Part shown: positions 52,161 through 64,000 of the stretch, piece after piece | How the letters are laid out: the number at the start of each line of letters is the position of its first letter | Numbering within the stretch: the stretch's first letter is position 1 | NCBI RefSeq assembly: GCF_006345805.1 | Contig: NC_042999.1 | Location: forward strand, 3,224,001-3,288,000 | Length of the DNA stretch: 64,000 bases | Direction of reading: 5' to 3' | Source of the DNA: Octopus sinensis | Taxonomy: Eukaryota | Translations under genes and position numbers: made by a program | The notes under the pieces: model-generated | Seen by the model: only the letters and a program-made list of their open reading frames with translations | Database searches by the model: none | Told to the model about the DNA's origin: nothing

Positions 52161-52269
52161 TGATGTTGTTGAAATTCCAATGAAGGAGCTTTGGATCTAC
52201 ATTAGAAACCGGCTCTTTCCCTGTTGGCAAGAAATGTTGAAATAAAACTGAATAATGACATAAAAGAAC

Positions 52270-52640
52270 TGGTTATGTTTGACTGGACACCTTATTAGAA
52301 TGAAGGATAGCAAAATCCCTAAGCAGATGCTATATGGAGAACTTGTGAATGGAAGGAGACCCCAGCAGAAACCAAGGCTGCGATTTTAGGACTGTGTCAA
52401 GTCCTCATTAAAGGGCTGTGATATACAGGAGACTGACTGGAAGAGCAATGCCTGACATCATCACAGATGGGAAGCAGGTTAAGGAAGAGGTTGACACCTT
52501 TGAGAGAGCATGAAGAACTTATGCAGCTCGAAAGTGCACTGTTGGTATAGTGACTGGGGATAACTTGGTCTGCAATGTTTGCAGTTGTGTATGCTTGCCA
52601 AGAGCAGGGCTCATTAGCCACCAACAGAGCCACAAATGCA
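52270..52640 (+). pseudogene. RTE/BovB-like ORF C-terminal remnant
   Basis: WTGHLIRMKDSKIPKQMLYGELVNGRRPQQKPRLRF*DCVK...CNVCSCVCLPRAGLISH. Confidence 0.8.
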
Positions 52641-52917
52641 AAATATAAGTTAGTCCTAAAGCGCACAATGTTCTTGAAGGTCAGCAACAGTTTTCTTCGG
52701 TCACAAGTGGACGGCCATCATATGTATGCCTGTGCATCTCCTCATTGTAACATCACATGATGGTTGTAAAGATGCATCACCATACGCAAGCAGCATTCCT
52801 CATTTCCAGTCTTCCTTGTAAACATGTCCAACTGCCGAGAAATATTAACTTGCTTGAAAACAGGTGATGGTTGGTAACAGGAAGAGCATCCAGCTGTAGA
52901 AAATCTGCTTTGATGCA

Positions 52918-53379
52918 TACTGTAAATCCTTGAGTATAATACGCAGGGGATTTTTAGGGGGCTGTACCTCTGAAAAACCTAAACCTTGTGTATAATACGC
53001 ACCCCTTCTCTAACTTGAGTCAAGGAGGTCTATATAACGTCCTTGGTTTGTAAAACTGTATACGGTAACGTCCTTTATTATTATTGTATATATAACATAA
53101 TGCAAACGTGTAGCTTTTTTGTGCATTTTGTTTGCAGAAAATAAAGAAATAACAGTAATAACGTTTAATAAATGTCGCTTACTGCAAGTTATGGATGATT
53201 CTTTTATGACTTCATTGCTTTCTGGCTTAGCTTAATAAACATTGCCGGACAGCAAATAGAGACTCGGACATTGCTTAGAAAATATTTTTCATTTTTAACC
53301 TCGTATATAGTACGCACTAGGGATTTTGACCTTTAAATTTTGGGAGAAAAATGCGGATTACACTTGAGGATTTATGGTA
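52918..53379. mobile_element. Tigger/pogo-type MITE (TA-flanked)
   Basis: Left TACTGTAAATCCTTGAGTATAATACGCA versus right-end reverse complement TACCATAAATCCTCAAGTGTAATCCGCA. Confidence 0.7.
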
Positions 53380-56339
53380 CCTCCTGCTCCCTGCAAACAT
53401 TGAAACGTGGATGTCGATGATGATGATGATGACAGTGTTTATTCTTATTTAGTATTGAATCTTTTTATTTAGATGTGTCCATTTTATCTGTTCAACAGTT
53501 GTTGATGGAAGGATTGAACTCATGACTAACGAGAAAGTAATTCAGGATCTTGACCTTAATCTTGCAGATGTTGTACCTTGTTTACAAAGAATTTTAAATA
53601 GGAAAACGATGTACACATAGAAGTAGCATGCTTGATAATAATAATTCTTTCTAATTTTGGCACAAGGCCAGCAATTTTGAGAGAAAGAGACAAGTTAATT
53701 ACATCAGCCACATTCTCAACTGGTTCTTATTACATCGATCCTGAAAGACTAAGTTGACATCGGTGTCATTTGAAGTCAGAACATAAAAAGCTAGAAGACA
53801 CACCGCTAAGAATTTTGTCTTGGATTGTAATGACTCTGCCAGCTCACCGACTTCAGTAAGGTGATAATAATGATAACTATCTTGGTCAATTAACAACTTT
53901 CAACCTCAATTAATCTGGCCAAATTATTAAAATGTTATGCTCCATCAAGCATGAATCGAATATCAGTAAAATAACATTTTGAATGATTTTTATTTTAATT
54001 TTCATGGCTTAGAGAGCAAAAGACTGCGCTAATGACCTTCACAGGATCTCCAAGACAGGATGGGTCTCAAAGAAAGGAGAAAAAATGACTTCACATCAGA
54101 TGCTGTTCGTCTGATCATCATCAACATCGTTTAATGTCTGTTTTCCGTGCTAGCATGGGTTCGACGGTTCGACTGGGGTCTGGGAAGCCAGGAGGCTGCA
54201 CCAGGCTCCAGTCTGATCTGGCAGCGTTTCTACAGCTGGATACCCTTCCTAACGCCAACCACTCTGTTAGTGTAATGGGTGCTTTTTACGTGCCACCGGC
54301 ACAGAACCCAGTCAAGGCGGAGCTGGCATCGGCCACATACGGATGGTGCATTTTTCGTGCTGCCAGCACAGGTATCGTAACTACAATTTCCATTTGATAT
54401 TTATTTTGATGTTGATGTACTTGACTCAATAGGTCTCCTCAAGCACAGCAGGTCACCCTATGATCCAAGCTAAGCACAACAGATCATTCTGCAATCCAAG
54501 GTACTTTGGATGGGCTGGGGCTATGCGAAACTGGTGCAGGAAATAGACTGGTGAATTGGTGTATATAGTTTTATTGCATTTTTTCTTATTTTCACTCGTT
54601 AACTGATCTTTCTTGATTGGATCTCAAGTCTGACAGTCAGAGGTTACTTTCTCTTCCCAATCCTACCCAATATACGAAGCAAAATATATTTTTCTCTGAA
54701 TTCTGTAAAATTCCATATTTTACTTTGTCAGACAGAAGAATGGCTGTGCAGTTAAGAAGTATGCTTCACAACCATGAAGGTTCAGGTTCAGTCCCACTTC
54801 AGAGCACCTTGGACATATGTCTTCTACAATGGCCTTGGGCTGACCAATCTAATTAATGGTTTGTGAGTGAATCTAGTAGACAGAAACTGTGTGGAAGCCT
54901 GTCGTGTGTGTGTTTGTGTTTGTACTCACACTGCTTGACCAATCAATGTTGGTTTGTTTACATTCTTGTAACTTATCTTTTCAGAAAAAGAGATCAATAG
55001 AATAAATACCAGACTAACGAAAAAATGTAGTGTTTGATTTTTGTACCTAAACTCTTCAGAACAGTATCCCAGCATGGTTGCAGTCCAATGAATGAAATAA
55101 GAATAAAAGTGTGTGCGTATGTATGTATGTATGTGTGTGTGTGTGCGTGCGATTTTTATATGAATATTGGGCAGAAATTCAATTCCCACATTATAGATCT
55201 TCTTAACCTTCATGAGAGCACAAATCATTTAACCATGACAAACCAGTTCTTGTAATCATGGATGCATCTTATTATTTATTTACTAGTGTTACTCATCATA
55301 AGATAGTTAACTTCAACTTTGGGAATATACTTTTACCACCCTGGGGTAATACCAGAAAATATGACAAGAAGACAATAACTATTAATACCCAGTACTGCTG
55401 CCGTAGTCTCCTTTATCTAGATTTAGAAATAATAGGCACAAGAGTGGCTGTGTGGTAAGTAGCTTGCTTACCAACAACATGGTTCCGGGTTCAGTCTCAC
55501 TGTGTGGCACCTTGGGCAAGTGTCTTTTACTATAGCCTCAGGCCAACCAAAGCCGCGTGAGTGGATTTGGTAGACGGAAACTGAAAGAAGCCTGTCATGC
55601 ATATGTGTTTGTGTGTTTGTCCTCCAACATTGCTTGACAACTGATGCTGGTGTGTTTATGTCCCCATAACTTAGCAGTTCAGCAAAAGAGAATGATAGAA
55701 TAAGCACTAAACTTACAAAGAATAAGTCTTGGGTTTGATTTGCTCAACTAAATGCGGTGCTCCAACATGGCTCCAGTCAAATGACAAACAAGTAAAAGAA
55801 TAATATTTCTGTTTTCGAAAACCAGTGGAGGTGTCCCACTGAATATATATAAATAAACTTTCAAACAGACAGTCAAAAGCGATGCCTGCTGGGTTCCACT
55901 ACTCTACATTGATAAAGGACAAATGCCCTGAAACTAGTCTGTGGATTTTGAACCAGCAAGGGGAAGCTGATGACCTCCCCAGTTCAAAGGTTGTAATGGA
56001 CACAGGCTTGTGTGTCATATAGCTAGCTAGAGATAATAGCCTCTTGGAACTAATCAACGGTAGCATTCGTCTTATTTTTCTGGACTGCTTTGTTAGCTTG
56101 GTGATAACTATTAATATCCAGTACTACTGCCGTAGTCTCCTTAAGAGAGATTTAGAATTAATATTTCTACAATAATAGGCGCAGGAGTGGCCGTGTGGTA
56201 AGTAGCTTGCTTACCAACCATATGGTTCCACGTTCAGTCCCACTGCATGGCACCTTGGGCAAGTGTCCTCTACTTTAGCCTTGGGCCGACCAAAGCAATG
56301 TGAGTGGATTTGGTAGACGGAAACTGAAAGAAGCCCGTC

Positions 56340-56373
<34 letters not shown>

Positions 56374-56653
56374 TTGTCCCCCAAGCATTGCCTGACAACC
56401 AATGCTGGTGTGTTTATGTCCCCGTTACTTAGCGGTTCAGCAAAAGGGACTGATAGAATAAGTACTGGGCTTACAAAAGAATAAGTCCCGGGGTCGAGTT
56501 GCTCGATTAAAAGGCGGTGCTCCAGCATGGCCGCAGTCAACTGACTGAAACAATTGAAAGAGTAAAAGAGTAATAATTACAATTTAACTTCTATCAAGTT
56601 TCTTGGTGCTTATACAAAATGATGGTTTGTAACTGCTTGCTTTTTCTTCCAAT

Positions 56654-57100
56654 TTACTTGGCGTACACCGTAGCTTGTCTCACAGCGTCATCTTCTTCTA
56701 ATATAAGGTGTGTACAGATGTCCTTATCAACATTATATAGAAAATATAAATTCGTTATCCAATTCACCATAAACAGTTAATAAATCCGATGTTGTAATAT
56801 ATCTGTCCTGACTCATTTTAGTTTCATCAGGTGCGAAATTAGCGCAAACAACTAAATGTGGTATATTGAAAGTCTTACTCACGCTGACATATTTAGTTGA
56901 GCAAATCAAGCCATTTTTTATGCTTTCCATAACCTCATATTTTATATGAGATTCTTGACTTCTTGTAAGGTCGAAAACAGCAATACGTTGTCCGTTGTAC
57001 ATATATTTAATATCAGCACTTCTTCCATTTTCAAATCTGATACCATCTAGAGTTTGTATATATCTAGATAGATAGGTTTTTCCGCAGTTTCCATTGGACG
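56654..57100 (-). pseudogene. rep: CRESS-DNA-virus-like Rep, SF3 helicase domain only (putative endogenous viral element)
   Basis: Within ORF 56733-57170: Walker A GNCGKT (57075-57092), Walker B IAVFD (56970-56984), KNGLICSTKY, motif C VVCAN (56838-56852) and SQDR Arg-finger-like motif (56802-56813). Order and spacing resemble nanovirus/alphasatellite-type Reps as I recall them. Confidence 0.85.
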
Positions 57101-58870
57101 CCAAGTTTTGGTGGATTTCATTGTTTGGTGTAAACCTTCCCTTTGTTTTCTTCCTCCAGCGTTGATTCAACCATCATTTCAATACTTGTCTCCAGCTGGG
57201 GACTATGTTGTTCTCTGAGAAGTTTTCAGATGGCAGGGTTTTGTTTTTGCTAAGTTTGGAAACCAATTACAATGTGGACACAACTTGCCTCTTGAAACTT
57301 TGGCGAAAACTTTGTCTAAGGAATCTTTTAAGGGTTTAAAATGCTTTTGTTCGACTTCAGTATTTATTTTGTCACTGCAGTCATCTGACCTGCACATGGT
57401 TGTCTGTGCATAGATTTGTCTTGATATCATGTGACGTTTGTAAATGAATGACGTTATCATCATACATGCAATACTGTTCATTTCCAGTCTGCCGTGAAAA
57501 GCATGTCTGGCCATGAGGAGTTATCATCTTGCTTGGGAATGAGAGTTAGTAACAAGAAGAGCATCTCATCACAGAAGTTCTACCTCAATAAATTCTGTCT
57601 GGCCCATGTGAACATTAAATAAGGACAATGATAAATATCTATGCAAAATCCAGCGTAATCAGAAAATTAAGACAAATGTAAAGTAATGAAACTATGTTTT
57701 TCTTTTTTAAGTTTTCGCTATGAAATGCTAAACAGTTGTAAATATACATTGGTATTCTCTTGATACAAAAAAAACAGAGGATAATAACCCTCTCATCCTT
57801 CGGCCCATGACAACAATTTAAAATCAATTGTGATTTAAATCAAACATAACGTCAACACCAACATCAAAATAAAAATCAAATGGAAATTGTAGTTAAGACA
57901 CCCGTGCCGGTGACACGTAAAAAGCACTGTCCAAACGTGGCAGATGCCAGTGCCACCTGGCTGGCGTCTGTGTTGGTGACACGTAAAAGTATCAACTGAT
58001 CATGGCTGTTTGCCAGCCTCACCTGGCCCCTGTGCTGGTGGCATGTAAAAAGCACCCACTACACTCATGGAGTGGTTGGAATTAGGAAGGGCATCCACCT
58101 GTAGAAACACTGCCAGATTAGACTGGAGCCTGGTGCAGCCTCTTGGCTTCCCAGACCCCGGTCGAACCGTCCAACCCATGCTAGCATGAAAAACAGACAC
58201 TAAAATGATGATGATGATAAGCTAAAACTTAGTTGTAACACCTTGGGCTAATGTGCATATCGTATCCCAAACAGGTTGCATTAAAAGCTTAAGGTGAAAT
58301 TAAAGGAGATGAGCCAGACTTTTCAAAGCTTTTCCTGTGAAACTTTAAATCGATCTTAATACACATTGTTATTCCCTTCACATACAGGAATATGAAGGAG
58401 ATCACCCTGACATGTTTCACTGAGATATTATGCAGAATAAACATAAGCCAGGCCTTAGATTTAGTATGCAGGTTCTTCAGTTAGTCATACACATCTTCAG
58501 GTGGGATTATAATCAAATGGTTCAAAGCAGTGTTGATAGTTATTAATCATCGCTCATGAATCAGAAGGGTCCACTTTGAAATTCTAATGGGAGAGCATGG
58601 GTATGTGACAGCAAAGCAAATTAGCTGACATTTTTTATTTAAGACTGGAGGGTGAGAGTTGCAAATGATGTGTAATGTTTTTTGTATCAGATAGAATTTG
58701 ATGAATTGTTTCTTTAGAAGATTTGAAGTATTAGGATAAGTGTGTGTGTGGCAAGAGGTTATGAATTTGAGAAAATCATGGGTTTTAAATATTTCAGAGT
58801 TTTAAATACCCCATGTCTGCTAAATGAGATTCTTTTGGTGCACATTGAATGACTATGGTTTGAAAAAGAA

Positions 58871-59239
58871 TCTCTATATATATAAACGGCAAAATGTCTG
58901 TCTATGTGTTTGTGTGTCCTTTATACAAATCCACAATTTTTCAGTTAGAGGGCTCACTCTTTCTATGGTCATTCAAAACCGTCCAAGGGTGGTCGTGCAC
59001 ATCTTTACATTTCCCCAGTCACCCCGAAAAGCCATTAAAAAAATCAATAGAAGTGCCTTTTTTTTTTATTTTCTATCCAAAACCCAATCAAAATGCCCAA
59101 AATTTGATACGCCAATTGAATGCCAGCTAGCTGTATATGATTGGTCGGAGATTTGGACAGTACTCGCGTGTATGTGCGCACACACCTATATATGCATGCA
59201 CTAGCACTATGACCCGGCGTTGCTGGGTCATAATGCTGG
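58871..59239 (+). mobile_element. Non-autonomous Helitron
   Basis: A|TC 5' end (TCTCTATATATATAA), 11-bp subterminal hairpin TATGACCCGGC-GTT-GCTGGGTCATA (59208-59232), CTGG|T 3' end. Confidence 0.75.
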
Positions 59240-59739
59240 TTCTGTATAATTCCAGATTGCAGGGTTGGCAAGGCTTCACATGAGACAGGCATAGTATTGC
59301 ATTATGAGAGAATTGTCCACTTGATATGAAATGGTGTAAAAAAATTTAAATGCTATTTATGAAGCAATGGTGAGGTAGCTAACTTTCTATTGAGGTTACG
59401 AACTAATGTAAAACTGGCTAAACTGATATAAGACAGAAAGACATAATTTTAAATTTAATGCACAAATAATTTCTTTTGCTTAGCAAATTCTCTTTAAGTT
59501 ATATTAATGGTCAAATTACAGTTTGATGGGTTTTCATTTTAAGAGGTTAGCTAGCAATGACCTGAGCAAGGTTGTACATTGTAGAAGAAATCTCTATATT
59601 ATTTTGATTGAGTAACTAATGGTATTATATTTAACACATTTGCTAAATATAATTGTTCAACCTCAAACCTGCTGAGACCATTGGCAGCAGAAACTGACTC
59701 AGGAGACAGCTTGTTCTTACAGACAATGAAAGCATAAAA

Positions 59740-59975
59740 CATACCTATTTCTTTATTACCCATAAGGGGCTAAACATAGAGGGGACAAACAAAGACAGAC
59801 ATAGGTATTAAGTCGATTATATCGATCCCAGTGCGGAACTGGTACTTAATTTATCGATCCATAAAGGATGAAAGGCAAAGTGAACCTCGGCGGAATTTGA
59901 ACTCACAATGTAACGACAGACGAAATACCGCTAAGCATTTCATCCGGCGTGCTAATGTTTCTGCCAGCTCGCCGC
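59740..59975 (-). mobile_element. SINE family C copy
   Basis: Match to the family C consensus; further copies at 61515-61750 (-) and 62912-63155 (+). Confidence 0.85.
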
Positions 59976-60344
59976 ATAAAACATACCACTGTCATCAGAC
60001 TGTAGAACTTATGTTTCTGCATCATTAGGCTTCATTAGCTACAGATACCATAAGGTTGTGAGTTCAATTCCCAACAGCACTCTGTGTCCTTGAGCAAGGC
60101 ACTTTATTTCACGCTGCTTCAGTCCACTCAGCTGGCAAAAATGAGTTTCAAAGAGTATGTATGTCTGTGGAGCGCTCAGCCACTTGCACATTAATTTCAC
60201 AAGCAGGCTATCCCATTGATTGGATCAACTGGAACCCTAATTGATTTAAGTTTGACAAAGCTTTGCACACATCGGCAAATTTACTATTTGTTGTTTAAAT
60301 ATAAGAATGGTAATTCTTGACATGCTGTGAACAATAGGTCCAGT

Positions 60345-60396
60345 ATCTGGAACTGATGATGTGTAATGATACAGAAACACGTGTCCCATAGTCCAG
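60345..60396 (+). ncRNA. Candidate minimal hammerhead (stem I poorly paired)
   Basis: CUGAUGA-UGUGU-AAUG-AUACA-GAAAC-ACGU-GUC; ACACGUGU palindrome. Confidence 0.5.
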
Positions 60397-60699
60397 GGAC
60401 AAAATTCATAGTTCACTGATGTGTTTTTCTGCAGTAAAAGTCTTTCCCTGCATAAAGCTACATGAACGTTTTAAAACATAATTGTACATACTCGTGTTAT
60501 AATTATTACTGATTAGTGAGCCTCTAATTAATTATGGTGTTCCTGACTGCAGAAAGTGTAAGAATCTGAACAAAAGTTTGATTATAGGAGTGATGACTTA
60601 GAAATTCTAATACATACGTATATCTCTTTATATAATTAGTGGTGGTGGCTGTACATACAGACTATATTTTACTCTGTGTGTGTGTGTGTGTGTTATATA

Positions 60700-60962
60700 T
60701 TTTACTGTTGGCTCCTGTGCAGGTGGCACATAAAAAGTACCATTTGAGCATGGCCATTGCCAGTACTGCCTGACTGGTCCTCGTGCCGGTGGCACGTAAA
60801 AGCACCCACTACACTCTTGGAGTGGTTGGCGTTAGGAAGGGCATCCAACTGTAGAAACTGCCAGATCAGATTGGAGTCTGGTGTAGCCATCTGGGTCACC
60901 AGATCTCAGTCAAATCGTCCAACCCATGCTAGCATGGAAAGCAGACGTTAAACGATGATGAT
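60700..60962 (+). mobile_element. Family B element
   Basis: Two repeat units, conserved 3' module and (GAT)n. Confidence 0.75.
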
Positions 60963-62663
60963 GTGTATAGAAGTTATATTTCACTCTGTATATACAGGTT
61001 ACATTTTACTCTCTCTCTATTATATACACAGGTTATATTCTGTTCTTTGAAATCAACTGCTTCTGAGTGCTTCATTACCATATTCTGGTATTTTATTCAA
61101 TACCTGTTCATTAGAAGATAAAGTAAAATGTCTTACAGAAATGATTTGAACCAAATCATTTATAATGGATTTTAGATAATTTTGGACATACTGCAAAATA
61201 TCAATGGGATTTCTTGAAGAGTGATTATTTAGAATTAGATAATTCTATAAAGAAACATCAAAGAAAAAAATTACTTTTAACTGTTCTTTGACAGTGATAG
61301 AGAAAATTACTTTCTTGAAAAATTTGTGAAGGTCTTTACCGAACTGATCATCAGCGGCTTTGGAATAATCTTCTTAGTAAAATATAACTATTCATTGGGA
61401 TAAACTTTTAGAACAACGAAGGATTTCTCACGTGGAGAGTTTAAAGTATATTGTAGGTTAGATCAATGACTTCAGCAGAATCTTCTGCACCCACGCTCAT
61501 GCTGGAAGGCTTAGTGTTCTTATTTCTTTATTGCCCACAAGGGGCTAAACATAAATGGGACAAACAAGGACAGACAAAGGGATTAAGTCGATTAGATCGA
61601 CCCCAAAGCATACCTAACTTATCGACCCCGAAAGGATGAAAGGCAAAGTCAACCTCGGCAGAATTTGAACTGAGAACGTAATGGCAGACGAAATACCGCT
61701 AAGTATTTCACCCGGCATGCTAACATTTCTGCCAGCTTGCTGCCTTCAAAGGCTTAGTGTTTTACTTTTGTTTATCCTGGGATGTTTTGTTTTTAAAAAG
61801 GCTGTATATCATAGAGCAGATTTTCTATGGATGGGTACCCTCTCTGTCACCAACCCTCACCTGGTTCCATACAAAATAATATTCCTCTATGGCCAGATGT
61901 GTTTTCATAGAATGCTGGAATTGAACGACACTGCTTGTATGGCAGTGAAACTCATTTACAACAGTCATGCTATGTCATGACAAAGAGATACAAACATACA
62001 CATAAATGCACATACACAAGCGCGCGTTCACACACACACACACACACACGATTAGTTTCACTCAGTTTCTGTCCATCACATTCACTCACAAGGCCTTTGT
62101 TGGCCTAGGGCTATAGTAGAAAACATTTGCCTAAGATGCTATCCAGTGGGACTGAACCTGAAACCATGTAGTTTGGAAAGAAACTTCTTAACCACTCAAC
62201 CACACCTGCCCCTACATGTGTGTGTGTATATATAAAGTATGAAACTAAGGAAAGATATTTCTTCAAAGGGAGGGGGTGTAAAACATCCAATTCACTGGTA
62301 CGTCAGTTGAGGACCACATAAATAGGGCTATAATGCAAATTACAAACAAATTAGAGAGATTCAATAGACAATTTAATAATTTATCTATATTGCAATATAA
62401 TATACAATGAATGTAATATAACATTAAAAATATTATCAAAAAACCAATACACACACACACACACAGTCTAGAGATGGTAGTCTTGATGCAAAGATATACC
62501 CCTAAGTCATAGTTTTTTTTTGTTTTTTTTATGTTTTTATGGCTTTAATAAAAATAAAAAGCATATTACTCTACCTTTGGTATTCAAGTACTATTTCTTC
62601 CACCTTGTTTTGCATTTCTGTGCTTATTCATAACTTTGTCTTTAGTTTTTCAATAAATTTCAA

Positions 62664-62712
<49 letters not shown>

Positions 62713-64000
62713 CGTCATTGTTTAACATCAGCTTTCCATGCTGGCATGGGTTGGATGGTTTGACTGAAGACTGACAAGCCAGAAGGCTGCACCAGGCTCC
62801 AATCTGATTTGGCACTGTTTCTACAGCTGGATGCCCTTCCTAACACCAATCACTCCAATAATGTAGTGGGTGCTTTTTACATGCCACTAGCATGAGGGCC
62901 AGTCAGGTGGTACTGGTATTAAGGCGGAGAGCTGGCAGAAACGTTAGCACGTCGGGCGAAATGCTCAGCGGTATTTCGTTTGTCGTTACGTTCTGAGTTC
63001 AAATTCCGCCAAGGTCGACTCTGCCTTTCATCCTTTTGGGGTCGATTAAATAAGTACCAGTTACGCACTGGGGTCAATGTAATCGACTTGGTCTGTTTGT
63101 CTGTCCTTGTTTGTCCCCTCTGTGTTTAGCCCCTTGTGGGTAGTAAAGAAATAGGTACTGGCATTGACCATGCTCCAATGGTTCTTTTTACATGCCACCA
63201 GCATGGAAGCCAGTTGGGTGGCACTAGCATTGACCATGCTTGAATGGTGCTTTTTATGTGACACTAGCACGGAATCAGTCAGGCGGCACTGGCATGGACC
63301 ATGCTCGAATGGTGCTTTTTCTGTGCCAACTACACAGTAGCCAGTTAGGGGGCACTGGCATCGACTACACTCGAATGGTGCTTTTTAGGCGCCACTGGCA
63401 CGGGAGCCAGTCAGGCGACACTGACAACGTTCATGCTCATAAGTAAATAAGCTTTTGTGTGCATGAGTGTGTAAACGTCTGGGTAAACATGTGTGAAAAT
63501 GCATGTGTGTGATGTAAATTTGTATGCGTGCGCGTGTGTGTGTATATACATAACCAAATACACAAAGACACACATGTATGTTTGTGTGTGTCATATAATA
63601 GTAATTAAGAATGGTAATGCCTACCATCACCACATGTTTAATGCATCCATTTGAACCATGTTAATTTTTCCAAATGTCTTTCACAGCTTCACAACAAGAC
63701 ATTACTTTTATTTTATTATAAAAGTTTGCGAAGTCATTTTCTCTCACTCAAGTGATTTACGGTGATTCATGAATAAATTATTTCGATGATTTATCATTCG
63801 TTGATAAAATTCCATACAGTTTTTCCATTGTGAAGGGGCTGGAGTTACATCAAAGGCGGCAGAATGTCTTCGTCTTTTGGTATTTGGTTATTTCTTGATT
63901 TGTGGGATGGTTTTCGAGTAGTGTCATTCTGACTGTGTGCGTGTAGGTGTGAGTGTGTAATGCGAATATGTGTGTGTATGTGTGTGTGTGTGTGTGTGTG

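Noticed and set aside
55921-55990. GAAAC-TA-GTC ... CTGATGA, suggesting a permuted hammerhead or SECIS-like hairpin
   Set aside because: The would-be stem II strands are not complementary and SECIS geometry is not met.

Overview
AT-rich, microsatellite-dense eukaryotic genomic DNA that is mostly transposon-derived. The SINE and LINE families look like octopus (cephalopod) repeats to me; this is recognition from memory, not a database result. I find no host protein-coding gene that I can support. Nearly all ORFs in the track ([12 protein letters not shown] types and recurring SINE-derived peptides) are artefacts of microsatellites and SINEs. Real coding remnants are: (1) a 5'-truncated but uninterrupted CR1-type LINE reverse transcriptase ORF (17530-19353, minus); (2) decayed CR1, RTE and R4/Dong-type LINE pieces; (3) a Tc1/mariner transposase C-terminus; and (4) the SF3 helicase half of a CRESS-DNA-virus-like Rep (about 56654-57100, minus), most plausibly an endogenous viral element. 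Non-coding highlights are several minimal type-I hammerhead ribozyme motifs with palindromic stem III, of the kind known from Penelope-like elements and retrozymes. One of them sits inside a tRNA-headed SINE-like element (21711-21941). Also present are four tRNA-derived SINE families (one forming dimers and trimers), an RTE-tail element carrying variable hairpin-rich tandem arrays, several MITEs, a non-autonomous Helitron, and a 280-bp inverted duplication. Repeat boundaries were read by eye and are approximate, and not every SINE copy is listed.
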